Shown here in pieces: positions 18,384-27,990 of a DNA stretch of 64,000 nt (position 1 is the stretch's first letter; the number at the start of each line of letters is the position of its first letter). The position numbers and the translations under genes were made by a program. The DNA comes from a virus. A model generated the notes under the pieces. That model was given only the letters and a program-made list of their open reading frames with translations, did not search any database and was not told the DNA's origin. The stretch is from positions 1-64,000 of IMG/VR virus record IMGVR_UViG_3300033149_003004; one strand, given 5' to 3'.

Positions 18384-18938
18384 ATGAGACAACTCGACGT
18401 GGAAAATAACGACTATGATTTGACCCTCCAGCAGACGGTCTTGACCCACACGCCAGACGCTAGCAACCCGTGTCTCTGCCAGGGACTTGTCTGCTTTGGT
18501 GATGGTTCGAAAGATTTGGACGGCACTGGAGGTGATTTTGAGCTGACGGTAGTGGTAGGCGGACAAACACTTGAACCCGATCCGCAAGAGATAACCTTCT
18601 CAGCAGCGACCAGGACGGCCGTTTTTACTCGGGCATTTCCTGTGCCGGCCAACGCTCAGGTCTTGCTCAAAGCCAAGAGCCCGAATGGTGCTGATACCGA
18701 CGTTGACGTGACGGCTTATCTGTATGATGTTGGACCATTGCAACCAACCACGCGGGGAAATCAGCTTACAGTATCTGGTGGAGCCGCTCTAGTTGCGGGA
18801 CAAGCTGTTCGTGACTCGATGAAACTAGCCCCTACTGCCGGAGCTCCGGCAGTAGGATCTATTGACAAGCATTTGGATGATATTCTGGAAGATACGGATG
18901 AACTTCAAGCTTCGATTGGAGCCCCGACGATTGAGTGA
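18384..18938 (+). CDS. Putative virion protein
   Basis: Beta-rich; APTAGAPAVGSIDKHLDDILEDT segment. Confidence 0.5.
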   Translation: MRQLDVENNDYDLTLQQTVLTHTPDASNPCLCQGLVCFGDGSKDLDGTGGDFELTVVVGGQTLEPDPQEITFSAATRTAVFTRAFPVPANAQVLLKAKSPNGADTDVDVTAYLYDVGPLQPTTRGNQLTVSGGAALVAGQAVRDSMKLAPTAGAPAVGSIDKHLDDILEDTDELQASIGAPTIE

Positions 18939-18947
18939 GATAAGGGT

Positions 18948-20063
18948 ATGGCGGTAGCAGGTGATACAATCTATCATCAGTTCGTGACGAAGGCTGTCAG
19001 TGGAGCACTGGTCGATGCCGATGCTCTGCCGGTAGGGACGCTCGTCAGGAATGGAGTGGATACGGAGATCTCCGTAACGATTACGAACAAGGCGGTTGGG
19101 GTCTACGTTGCACAGTTTACGATCCCATCGGCATATGTAGCTGGCGACGAAGTAGCACTCCGCATTACTGCTACCATCGGCGGAGTAACTACGGGGGCTG
19201 TGGTCTGGCAGGAAACACTCACGAGCGGACTGACTGCAGTTCCACTTCCCGGAGAGGGAGCCGAACCGGGAACCATAGTGACGGTGGCCGCTTTGCGATT
19301 GGAGCTGGGTATATCTGCTTCGGCCACGGCTGAAGAGATCGCCGTGGCTGAATGGGCGATTCTCAAAGCAGAGGGAGCTGTTAAGCGGTTCCTTCGCTAC
19401 GATCCCGTGCTGAAGCGGAGGACGGAATACTACCCTCGTGCGGATTTGTCTTTAGGCAAGGTCGATTCTGTTTGGGAAGCGAGTGAGACGGAAGCCTACG
19501 TGCGGATGGAGTCGATGGGGCAGACGAGTGGGTTGCAACTTCAGCATATTCCAGTCAGGTCCTCACCTGCGATGGATTTGCGGATTGACTATAATGGCAG
19601 GTCAGGAACCAGGGCGGGAGCATTCGCCGCTGAAACCGCGAGGACGGAGGGAGAAGACTTTTGGCCGAACTATGATCTACTCGATAGCAGTGGAAATAAG
19701 ATGTGCAGAGACGGGCTGCTCAGAAGTATCGGCCTCTGGCCGCTCACGGCCGGGACAGTCAAAGTGGAGTACACTGCTGGCTACACTGCTGAGGAGCTAC
19801 AGGGAGCGGACGATGTGATTGATGCGAGTCCGATCTGGGAAGCTGTGCTGGAAGAGGCGAAGCGGCGGGTTGAGCAGGTGATGGTCCGGAAAAAGTCATC
19901 GGTGGGTTGGACAGCCGGACCGAAATCATCCGAAAGATTGGGCGACTATAGCTATTCAATCGATTCGTCGTTAGCAAAGGCTTTGTACGGAAGTTCCGCC
20001 GGATTAACGGATCAATCCATGATGCTTTTGGAACCGTTCGTCAACAAGGGATGGGAGCTATGA
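18948..20063 (+). CDS. Head-tail adaptor-like protein with N-terminal Ig-like domain
   Basis: VKVEYTAGY and SERLGDYSYS motifs typical of gp6/gp15-like connectors. Confidence 0.7.
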   Translation: MAVAGDTIYHQFVTKAVSGALVDADALPVGTLVRNGVDTEISVTITNKAVGVYVAQFTIPSAYVAGDEVALRITATIGGVTTGAVVWQETLTSGLTAVPLPGEGAEPGTIVTVAALRLELGISASATAEEIAVAEWAILKAEGAVKRFLRYDPVLKRRTEYYPRADLSLGKVDSVWEASETEAYVRMESMGQTSGLQLQHIPVRSSPAMDLRIDYNGRSGTRAGAFAAETARTEGEDFWPNYDLLDSSGNKMCRDGLLRSIGLWPLTAGTVKVEYTAGYTAEELQGADDVIDASPIWEAVLEEAKRRVEQVMVRKKSSVGWTAGPKSSERLGDYSYSIDSSLAKALYGSSAGLTDQSMMLLEPFVNKGWEL

Positions 20064-20142
20064 GGACGTGATTGAGGGATTGGATGTGAAATGAAACGAT
20101 GCAAGGGAAGCCAGTTATTGAAACTGATGTGGTATTGAGAAG

Positions 20143-20514
20143 ATGTCACTGTTGGACGAACTGCCGGATCGTTGTACGATTCAGCGCCGGGTGAGAGTGA
20201 AGGATAGCCTTGGCGGAAGCAAGGACGGTTTCGTTGTTGAACAGACGGACGTTGAGTGTTGGGAACAGCAGGCTGGAGCGGCTGAATCGGCGGAGTTCGA
20301 GAAGAAGGGGATCACGGTGACGAGCAAGGTCTATTTCGTAGAAAATCCAAAACTGACGTCTCGGCATCAGATAGTCGTAACGAGCAGGAATGGGGTGGTC
20401 ATTGATGCAGCGGATCAGGCGGTGTTGGATGTGGCTGCTGCTCCGCTACCTGATGTATCTGTCGGCCGAGGATTGCTTTGGCGGGTGATGGTAGGATTCA
20501 AGGAAGGGGAGTGA
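20143..20514 (+). CDS. Head-closure (stopper) protein
   Basis: CTIQRRVRVKDSLGG motif; follows the adaptor. Confidence 0.65.
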   Translation: MSLLDELPDRCTIQRRVRVKDSLGGSKDGFVVEQTDVECWEQQAGAAESAEFEKKGITVTSKVYFVENPKLTSRHQIVVTSRNGVVIDAADQAVLDVAAAPLPDVSVGRGLLWRVMVGFKEGE

Positions 20515-20517
20515 GCC

Positions 20518-20841
20518 ATGCGGGTGGTCTGCCAGACGATTGAAGCATTCGTCGAAAATCTGCGGATTGGAACGCCAGTCGAAAAAACGGTTTGGGTAGA
20601 CATTACCGCAAGGGAAGTGAATGAGCACAAGATGGTGATGAACTTGCAAGCATCTGCCGTGGTCCAATTGCCGGACGGTGGCGAGTTCTTGCTCCAGTAC
20701 GGCGAGGATTGTGGCTATGATTTTACGGATGGAGAACCTGAAATGGAGGGAACAAAGGCTGCGAAACACCGCCGCGGTTATTTGATCGAGCAGTGCGAGG
20801 ACATGGGTTTAATGGTCAGGCCTGGCATAGTTGGGATATAG
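20518..20841 (+). CDS. Hypothetical protein
   Basis: RBS, in operon. Confidence 0.55.
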   Translation: MRVVCQTIEAFVENLRIGTPVEKTVWVDITAREVNEHKMVMNLQASAVVQLPDGGEFLLQYGEDCGYDFTDGEPEMEGTKAAKHRRGYLIEQCEDMGLMVRPGIVGI

Positions 20842-20862
20842 AAACGATGAAGGGGAGAACCA

Positions 20863-21228
20863 ATGATAAAGTACAAGCAATTGAGTACGGAAGATGAAGC
20901 ATTAGAAGATGTTCGTACGAATGTCGAAGCTGTGATAGGAATGCAGTGGATGGCTGTTGTGTGGTGTGTCGAAGACGGATGGGAAGATGATTTGCAGAGC
21001 ATTCGGCTTGTCGGCCGGACCACTTGGAGGTTTCCACGCGAGAAGTTCGAGGCGGCTGTGGAACTGCTACGAGAGAATCTGGAAGCTGAGAAGAGGGATG
21101 GAGAGCCGGATCGTCCATCTCCTCTCAAGCTAGCACCGTTCGTGTCCGATCTTGCTGATGGCGATTCCCTCGTCGATCAAAACATGGAGGGTTTACTCCA
21201 GCGAAGAGAGAAAGAGGAAGCAGAATGA
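20863..21228 (+). CDS. Hypothetical protein
   Basis: GGGGAG RBS, in operon. Confidence 0.55.
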   Translation: MIKYKQLSTEDEALEDVRTNVEAVIGMQWMAVVWCVEDGWEDDLQSIRLVGRTTWRFPREKFEAAVELLRENLEAEKRDGEPDRPSPLKLAPFVSDLADGDSLVDQNMEGLLQRREKEEAE

Positions 21229-21653
21229 AGATGAGTGTCTTCAGACGATTCTTTAGGACTCGTACTTCTCGTACTTCCAAGGCGATGCAATTAGCAGAGC
21301 AGGCGGCAGTCCGCTTGGAGGAGAAGCACCGTAGACTCGTTCGGCAGGAGCGAGTTCTGCTATCGTTAGAGGAAGAAATCCTTCGATTGGTCGGTTCTGC
21401 ATCCAAGCTGATAGAACGGGTGAAAGTGATATCGCAAACGACAGCGGATGACATTCGTGATACTCAGAGGGACTTGGAACGGGCGGAACATGCTATGGAG
21501 GCTTTGCGTACTGCTCACCAGGTGGATGCGGAGGTGACGATCCCAACCTTGCAGGCGAGGTGGGAGGAGTTGAAAGCAAAGCATGAAGCCAACATCGCTT
21601 TGTCGAACCATCGACGGGCGACATTGGCTCCCGGTAATATGGAGGAGGTGTGA
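21225..21653 (+). CDS. Coiled-coil hypothetical protein
   Basis: Overlaps both neighbours. Confidence 0.6.
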   Translation: MKMSVFRRFFRTRTSRTSKAMQLAEQAAVRLEEKHRRLVRQERVLLSLEEEILRLVGSASKLIERVKVISQTTADDIRDTQRDLERAEHAMEALRTAHQVDAEVTIPTLQARWEELKAKHEANIALSNHRRATLAPGNMEEV

Positions 21654-23314
21654 TGTCCGAAGCTCTGGCCAAAGCGATTCGCAGGACATCGGCGATTGCA
21701 TCACTTGCATTTGCATCGACCAGACAGGTTGGAGGAAGTTCTGGTGCCATTGATCTGGTCCCGTCCGATATGGCGTCCGGTTTGGATTCTTGGCAGAAGC
21801 AACAGGCGTATGCCCATCGCTACAGTCAGATGCGGGGCTGGGTATATTCGGCGATCAACGCTCTGGCCAGTGAAGCGGCTGGGCAACATGCAGTCGTGGC
21901 CCGATTGAGTGGGGTGAAGCGGGAGCAGAAACCGAGAGGAAGCAAGCTCCTAGAATTGACTCGTATGCCGCTGTCGACGCGGAGAAAGGCGGCTGAGCAG
22001 GAATACGAGATTCAGAGGGATCATCCTTTGGTGGATCTGTTGGAAAGACCCAACCCGATTCAAGAGCGATGGCAATTCGTCTATTCCTTTGTCGCTAATT
22101 TGGTGATCACTGGTTGGGCATACATTGTGCTTGGCAGGGCGAAGGGCAAGGACGGGAAGCTGGAGATGTACAGTCTCCCGACAACGTGGGTTAAACCTGT
22201 GCATGATAAGGGATCGTTCTCGTCTTTCGAGGTACGGAATCCGCGGGCAACGGGAGTGGAGCCGGCCATGCTGGATAGGAGTCAAGTGGGGTTTGCTCAT
22301 TTACCGAACCCTGGTGATCCGATGGCGGCACTGGCTCCGGCGTCGACTCAAATGATGGCGATCCGAGTAGACGATCACATTCAGACTTCTCAGGAGGCGT
22401 TCTTTCGGAACGGTATCTTCCCGAGTGTGATCATCACGATGGGTCAAGGGCCGTATCAAGACACAAAAGGGAGGCCAGTATTGACGGGGGCCCAGCGCCG
22501 GCAGATCAACTTGGCTCTGAAGAAGCGGTGGGTTGGGGATGCGAATCAAGGAAACGCCGCGATCATCGATGGCCTGATTGACAAAATTGAGCCTTGGTCC
22601 GTTTCGCATCGAGAAATGGGTTGGGAGCGTAGTGAGGAGAAAGTGAGGACACGGATTCTCAGTGCATTCGGTGTCCATCCGTTCATCCTGGGAGAGGCTG
22701 TCGGAGTGGGAGGGTATGCCCAGGCCGTGATTATCCAGGAGCGGTTCCACAAGCGAGTGAACACATACTTGGAGATGCTCGGTAATCTGTTGACGAACTT
22801 GCTTGGTGGATTGGATGAAAGCGAGCGGATGATCGTTTGGTTTGAGCAATGCCGGGCTAGCGACAAATCGTTAAGGCAGACTTTGTTGCAATTCATGCGT
22901 TCCAATGGAGATATTTCGCAGAATGAGCTAAGAGCCGAGGCTGGCTTTCCGCCGGATGAGGATTTGAATCAGGCTGTGATTCAGCCGAGTATGATGGCGG
23001 GGATTGCTCAGTTTCTTTCGCTGCTCGGAACTGGGCAGATGCAACGAGAACAAGCTGTTGTCGCTTTTGAGCTTATGGGCCTACCTTCCGGAGAGGCAGA
23101 GAAGCTTGCAGGTATGGGCTTGCCCAAGGCTGAGCCTCAGCCTCTGTTGGAAGGGCCAAAGCCGTCGAGCGAGGAAGAAAAACTGGGGGAAGAAGAGAAA
23201 AGCGAGGAGGCCATGGAAGAGCTGAAGATGGCAAACCTTCTGCTGGCCAGAGCGATGGAAGCGTCCGAATGGCAAGCGGAGCGGATCTTGAGGAGTGTCG
23301 AGTGCTCTTGCTGA
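21650..23314 (+). CDS. Portal protein (HK97 family)
   Basis: HPLVDLLERPNP, LVITGWAYI, FFRNGIFPS, ILSAFGVHPFILG, NELRAEAGFPP. Confidence 0.9.
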   Translation: MMSEALAKAIRRTSAIASLAFASTRQVGGSSGAIDLVPSDMASGLDSWQKQQAYAHRYSQMRGWVYSAINALASEAAGQHAVVARLSGVKREQKPRGSKLLELTRMPLSTRRKAAEQEYEIQRDHPLVDLLERPNPIQERWQFVYSFVANLVITGWAYIVLGRAKGKDGKLEMYSLPTTWVKPVHDKGSFSSFEVRNPRATGVEPAMLDRSQVGFAHLPNPGDPMAALAPASTQMMAIRVDDHIQTSQEAFFRNGIFPSVIITMGQGPYQDTKGRPVLTGAQRRQINLALKKRWVGDANQGNAAIIDGLIDKIEPWSVSHREMGWERSEEKVRTRILSAFGVHPFILGEAVGVGGYAQAVIIQERFHKRVNTYLEMLGNLLTNLLGGLDESERMIVWFEQCRASDKSLRQTLLQFMRSNGDISQNELRAEAGFPPDEDLNQAVIQPSMMAGIAQFLSLLGTGQMQREQAVVAFELMGLPSGEAEKLAGMGLPKAEPQPLLEGPKPSSEEEKLGEEEKSEEAMEELKMANLLLARAMEASEWQAERILRSVECSC

Positions 23315-25782
23315 CCGACCGTCGAAAGCCGAGTATTGTTCAAATTCGCCGAAAACTCACGGCCGTCCGCCGTCGCCGGTTTGAGCTGGCTGCGAAAAGC
23401 ATGCGTCTGGTGCAAAAGGTGGTGGCTAATCGGCAGTTTATGTCCACCGAGCGGGAAGTGACGAAAGCTCTTATCCCGTTTTTTGTCGAGCAGGGACGTT
23501 CGATGGCTGCTCGGCTGCGGAGGATTGAGCAGAAGACTGTAGAGAATCTATGGACGAAACGGACTTCTCTCGGCTCTGCTGCTGGCTTGATTCAGCTGAT
23601 CTTTGATCCAAAAGAATGGCGTACCAATCTGACAAATCGTTTGTTGCCGGTACTAGCCCGAAAGATGGCAGAAGCTGGCGTGGCCCACCTGATGACGCTG
23701 GGAATCGACGTGCGGAGAAAGCAAAGGAAGAAGGGATTGAAGACCACTACTGCTGCGGATTGGGCTGAGGAGAACATTGCCGATTGGGATTCGCTTGTCG
23801 AGGCTTTTGAAGCTTCTAATCTACCAATGGGAATCATGAACGAGATTCCTACTTGGATGCAGGAGAGCATCGCTGAGAGACTCTCTGAGAGTTTTGCCGA
23901 AGATTACTGGGATTCGATTAGCAAGACGACGATGGGGGATGCCGAGAAAGTCTTGCGGCAGGGATTATCTGAAGGATGGTCGATCGGTGATATGGCTGGA
24001 GAGCTACGGCAGTATTTTGAGGAGGGAGGGTTTCGATATGCCCGACGCCGGTCGGAGAACATCGCCAGAACCGAGTCCGGGAATGCTCTGAACGCTGCTA
24101 GGAAGGGCAGCGTCGCTCGACTTCAGCAGGAATTGGGACCTGAAGTGCCGATGAAACAATCGTGGCTTTCCGTGCTAGGCATTACAACGCGAGACACACA
24201 CGCGGAGCTGGATGGTGTACCGGAGAATGAACGAGGAATGTGGGTCTTATCCGGTTACGAGATACCGTGGCCCGGACATATTAGCTTGCCTCCTTCGGAG
24301 CGCTGCAATTGCTTCCCTGCTGGAACGTTGGTGTCAGGAGATTTTGTCGGGGCGCAGAGAGCGTGGTACGAGGGGACATTCACCGAAATCATAACTGGCT
24401 CTGGGAGGAGGATCACCACAACCCCACAGCACCCAATAGTGACCTTGGAGGGACTTGTTCCGGCAGGCGAGGTCAAGCCAGGCCAGAAGGTCTTGGCCTA
24501 TCGTCCGGAGGCTGATTTGCCGTCGGTGGTGGCTTCCCGTGGCGATGATGTAAAGAACGAACCAGTTGCGGTCGAGCAGCTTTTTGAGGCGTTTCTTGCC
24601 GGGACGGTTGCCGCCTCGTCCAGCATTGAAGTCAAACGCGCTCAGGTGGACGATTTCTATGGCGATGCGAAATCCTTTCAGGGCGATATCGAGATTGTAC
24701 GGGCCAACTGGGGCCTGTTGGACGATGGGAAATTCGGCCAGTTTGAGAAACGTGGCAATTCTGTCCTCATCTGTGTGGATTCCGGTTTGGTTTTGGAATT
24801 TAGAGATCGCTCTTTTGGCCTTGCGTCTGGTCGGATCGGATCGTCCCCTTCTAGCGGTCCACGCCTTGCTGAGCCACTGCTTAGCTGCCTTCGATCTATC
24901 GCCAGCATCACGCCATCGGGCTCGCTGTCCGTCGGAGTAGCTGCGGATTTCCACGTTCGCCTCGATCAATCGTTGAGACAGGACGGCCCTGGAATATCCG
25001 GTTTCCTTCGAGAGTCGTTGGAGCGGTATGCCGGATTGGTACAGTTTGATGATGTGGTCGAGGTCAGGGATTTCTATTCTGCGGGTCATGTTTACGATCT
25101 CCAAAGCCGGTGGGGATTGGTGGTTGCTTCCGATCCATTATACACTGACAATCGTTTTCCTCCTAGTGGAATTGTCGTGTCGAATTGCCAGTGCAGTCTC
25201 ACGATTGAGTTTGGGATGGACCCTGCCGAAGCCATGCAGAGGATAGAGGAGTATTGGCAACATGTAGAAGAATGGGAATCGAAAGGCTACGTGTGGCCTT
25301 GGCAGAAGTACAATCCGAACCGTGATCCTGCAACTGGAAGATTTGCTCCTGGCGGAGGTGGAGATGATGGAGGTGGAGCAAGCGGAAGGGAAGAGGGAAG
25401 AGCCGAGCGGGCGAGACGCGCACATAAGACAAGCACAGCAGAGAAGCAGAGGAGGGGAGAAGCAGAGCAAAAGCGGATGGCCAAGGCAATCGGGGGTGAG
25501 AACGATGGGGATAATAAACCATTCGATGTGATCGTGGGAGGGAAGCATGGGATTGAAGTCAAGACTGTGATGGATAACAACAACGATAAGATCACCGTGC
25601 ATCCTGAATCTCGCCGGCGGAAGGAAGCTGCCGCCAAAAAGCAAAAGCTAAAGATTCACACTATAGCTATTGATATTCGTGAGGGAAAGCGATCTTATTA
25701 TTACAGGGAGGGGGTTGGAGCCTTCCGCCTCAAAAATATGGAGAAAGTATCGCTTCGGCAGTTGAAGGAGAAGTTCCGGTGA
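23269..25782 (+). CDS. MuF/gp7-like minor head protein with intein and C-terminal nuclease-like extension (start uncertain)
   Basis: RSENIARTES, W...TRDTHAELDG, PG...ERCN/CQC after splicing; YNPNRDPATGRF then FDV...IEVK. Confidence 0.85.
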   Translation: MASGADLEECRVLLLTDRRKPSIVQIRRKLTAVRRRRFELAAKSMRLVQKVVANRQFMSTEREVTKALIPFFVEQGRSMAARLRRIEQKTVENLWTKRTSLGSAAGLIQLIFDPKEWRTNLTNRLLPVLARKMAEAGVAHLMTLGIDVRRKQRKKGLKTTTAADWAEENIADWDSLVEAFEASNLPMGIMNEIPTWMQESIAERLSESFAEDYWDSISKTTMGDAEKVLRQGLSEGWSIGDMAGELRQYFEEGGFRYARRRSENIARTESGNALNAARKGSVARLQQELGPEVPMKQSWLSVLGITTRDTHAELDGVPENERGMWVLSGYEIPWPGHISLPPSERCNCFPAGTLVSGDFVGAQRAWYEGTFTEIITGSGRRITTTPQHPIVTLEGLVPAGEVKPGQKVLAYRPEADLPSVVASRGDDVKNEPVAVEQLFEAFLAGTVAASSSIEVKRAQVDDFYGDAKSFQGDIEIVRANWGLLDDGKFGQFEKRGNSVLICVDSGLVLEFRDRSFGLASGRIGSSPSSGPRLAEPLLSCLRSIASITPSGSLSVGVAADFHVRLDQSLRQDGPGISGFLRESLERYAGLVQFDDVVEVRDFYSAGHVYDLQSRWGLVVASDPLYTDNRFPPSGIVVSNCQCSLTIEFGMDPAEAMQRIEEYWQHVEEWESKGYVWPWQKYNPNRDPATGRFAPGGGGDDGGGASGREEGRAERARRAHKTSTAEKQRRGEAEQKRMAKAIGGENDGDNKPFDVIVGGKHGIEVKTVMDNNNDKITVHPESRRRKEAAAKKQKLKIHTIAIDIREGKRSYYYREGVGAFRLKNMEKVSLRQLKEKFR
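24310..25185 (+). mobile_element. Intein (292 aa) in MuF
   Basis: Block A CFPAGTLV, block B TTTPQHPI, block F VYDLQS, terminal VVSN followed by +1 Cys; splicing restores the ERCNCQC motif. Confidence 0.9.
24334..25089 (-). CDS. Antisense-encoded HTH plus Vsr/DUF559-like PD-(D/E)xK endonuclease nested in the intein
   Basis: IIKLYQSGIPLQRLSKETGYSRAVL HTH; E...QQAPVGPYNLDIAL...IAIEI...LLDRNWFVLYI; GGAG SD 9 nt before ATG. Confidence 0.75.
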   Translation of the reverse strand: MTRRIEIPDLDHIIKLYQSGIPLQRLSKETGYSRAVLSQRLIEANVEIRSYSDGQRARWRDAGDRSKAAKQWLSKAWTARRGRSDPTRRKAKRAISKFQNQTGIHTDEDRIATFLKLAEFPIVQQAPVGPYNLDIALKGFRIAIEIVHLSAFDFNAGRGGNRPGKKRLKKLLDRNWFVLYIIATGSHHRRQISLRTIGQDLLAWLDLACRNKSLQGHYWVLWGCGDPPPRASYDFGECPLVPRSLRPDKIS

Positions 25783-26051
25783 GCTATTGGCTAGAAGACG
25801 ATAGTGGGAAGTGGCTTGGTGATTTGGCTACCAATGTTGGCATCGTAGAGTTGCGAGAGGCTGGGAGTCCTTCGCTGGTTGAATTTCTGGATGCTGGAGA
25901 AGCGGACGAGGAATTGGTTGAGAGAGTGATCATCGAGACGAGGAATTTACCAGAAGTTGCTTACATAGCAGACATGATGGAAGGGGTGAAGCCACCGATC
26001 CGCGTGACGGATGGATGCGGAGAGGCAGAGGATTTGGAGGAGGAGGCATGA
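25779..26051 (+). CDS. Small acidic protein, candidate immunity protein for the MuF toxin
   Basis: GTGA overlap with the MuF stop; very acidic against a very basic toxin domain. Confidence 0.5.
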   Translation: MSYWLEDDSGKWLGDLATNVGIVELREAGSPSLVEFLDAGEADEELVERVIIETRNLPEVAYIADMMEGVKPPIRVTDGCGEAEDLEEEA

Positions 26052-26380
26052 GCCATCGGGGAAATGGTAAACCGATTCACGCTGAGATGCTGAAGCCAAG
26101 CACGCCGGATTGTATGGCATTGGCGAGGGAGATGGAAAAGCGATTCTTAATCGTTTGCGAACTATACGGCAGGATCAGTGAAGGGCGGCCCTTGCCGATC
26201 CCAGAGGGTATGCAGGTGCACCTTGTTAGATGGCGTCAGGTAGTGACGCGGCATCGGCGAGGTGATTTCAGAAACAGCGTGTCGGAGTGGAAGTCGATGA
26301 AAGAAGTGGCACAATTTATCCTCGATTGGGGATGTAGACTGAGGGGACAGCCACAGCAGAAATTGATTTGGAGCGAATGA
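26048..26380 (+). CDS. Hypothetical protein
   Basis: GGAGG RBS, ATGA overlap. Confidence 0.55.
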   Translation: MSHRGNGKPIHAEMLKPSTPDCMALAREMEKRFLIVCELYGRISEGRPLPIPEGMQVHLVRWRQVVTRHRRGDFRNSVSEWKSMKEVAQFILDWGCRLRGQPQQKLIWSE

Positions 26381-26381
26381 A

Positions 26382-26612
26382 GTGGGCTTTTTGCCAAAAG
26401 TGGCTAATGTTGACTTTTCTCGCTTGAAGATAGAACCTGGCGATCGTGTGATTGTCCGCTATTGGTGTGATCTGAGCGAGGATGAGCGAAGAAAACTGCG
26501 AAAGAGCGTGAGTCGGTGGGCCGGATCGGATGTGGAGGTATTGCTCGTGGATGTGAAGAGGTTTGACGTTGACGTGGAAAGAGCTGTTAGAGTGTCAGGA
26601 TTGGGAATGTAG
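26382..26612 (+). CDS. Hypothetical protein
   Basis: ORF in operon. Confidence 0.5.
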   Translation: MGFLPKVANVDFSRLKIEPGDRVIVRYWCDLSEDERRKLRKSVSRWAGSDVEVLLVDVKRFDVDVERAVRVSGLGM

Positions 26613-26765
26613 ATACTGGCGTCGAGGTTTCTCGACGAAGAAAAGCATAGCAGTATCATTGATGCAAAAAGTGCGTTTTCTTCGCTTTGCACAGCAGGCG
26701 TTTTCTCTTAGAGAAAAGCAGAGCTTGCGACGTTTTGTGTAGTAGGTACTAGCCAGGATGATTGG

Positions 26766-27035
26766 ATGACAGAAGCGGCAGTTGCTCGATATTTACCGGA
26801 TGAGTCACTACAAGAGTTTCTCGCTGCGATGCGGGACTTCGACAATGCTTTTGTGAATGCCCTAGCCAGCGGTGTGGATTTTACTATCAAATTGGAAGTC
26901 CGAGGCAATTGCGGAGAGCTTCTACACGCGAAGATCGACGATGGCAGGTGGAGGAGGCCGAAGGGAGTGGAGCGTAGGGTAGAGGAGAGGAGGAAGAGGG
27001 AGAAAATATCTGGGAATTTGCGGAAATTCGGCTAG
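26766..27035 (+). CDS. Hypothetical protein
   Basis: 89-aa ORF. Confidence 0.5.
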   Translation: MTEAAVARYLPDESLQEFLAAMRDFDNAFVNALASGVDFTIKLEVRGNCGELLHAKIDDGRWRRPKGVERRVEERRKREKISGNLRKFG

Positions 27036-27187
27036 GAGAGTTTCCACTCTTCCCTTATAATTCAGGGAAAGGTGGGTGAGTAGCTCACTGGCGTCCAGGC
27101 GTTCGGAAAGCGAAGCCGCGGCGTATGAAGCCCCTTCGATCGGGGCCTTATGCTCCAGCGGCTTTCTTTTTCAAGTGAGGATTCGGA

Positions 27188-27988
27188 ATGAATGTCACTT
27201 TCTTTTTGGGTCATGCTAGTGGGGCTCTACTGAGCCGGACCTTGACGATCACCCGTATGCCTAGGGCCGGGGATACACTACCGATCACCCCGCAGTACGG
27301 CCCGGCAAATGTGGGAGCAGCGACGCAGATCATTACGGTATCACTGCCCCCAAACCAGATATGGCAGGCGAGATTGGATGATGTCACGCTCGCGGGAAAT
27401 ACGAATGCTCCTCCGGCGATTCTGAACTTTCACACCGGATCACTACAATTCCCCGGGCCGCGAGAGAAGGAAGACCTGCGATTGCAAATCCTCCACATGG
27501 AGGAACAATCCAGCTCGTCCAGTTCCAGTTCGGTCAGCAGTGAGAGCAGTTCGTCGTGGTCGAGTCATTCTGCGAGTAGCGAGAGCAGTTCCAGTAGTGC
27601 TTCGAGTGCATCGAGCAGCTCTTCGAGTAGTAGCTCCAGTAGCTCGTCAGCCACGTCTAGCTCCAGTAGCTCCAGCAGTTCTTCGGCTACATCCAGTTCC
27701 AGTAGCTCTTCGGCTACATCCAGTTCCAGTAGCAGTTCTGCCACGTCGAGTAGCAGTTCCGAGAGCAGCGTGAGTAGTAGTTCCAGCAGTAGCTCTTCGG
27801 CTACATCCAGTCCCAGTAGTGCTTCGAGTGTATCGACCAGCTCCAGTAGCTCCAGTAGCTCCAGCAGTACGTCGAGCCAATCGAGTGTCTCGACTAGCTC
27901 CAGCTCCAGTAGCACGTCGAGCCAATCGAGCAGTAGTAGCAGCAGCATGAGTAGTTCGTCGTGGTCGTCGCAGTCGACGGTTGCTTAG
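27188..27988 (+). CDS. Virion-region protein with a long C-terminal poly-Ser tract
   Basis: Beta-rich N-domain of about 105 aa, then about 155 aa that are mostly Ser. Confidence 0.75.
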   Translation: MNVTFFLGHASGALLSRTLTITRMPRAGDTLPITPQYGPANVGAATQIITVSLPPNQIWQARLDDVTLAGNTNAPPAILNFHTGSLQFPGPREKEDLRLQILHMEEQSSSSSSSSVSSESSSSWSSHSASSESSSSSASSASSSSSSSSSSSSSATSSSSSSSSSSATSSSSSSSATSSSSSSSATSSSSSESSVSSSSSSSSSATSSPSSASSVSTSSSSSSSSSSTSSQSSVSTSSSSSSTSSQSSSSSSSMSSSSWSSQSTVA

Positions 27989-27990
27989 TA

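Noticed and set aside
24754-24772. Possible self-target of guide 2 (GGCAATTCT-G-TCCTCATCT) inside the intein endonuclease
   Set aside because: It is rc(spacer B), one extra base, then 7/9 of spacer A. The order is opposite to the expected A+rcB, with a gap and mismatches. Probably chance, though cheap to test. I found no perfect 18-nt self-target by eye.
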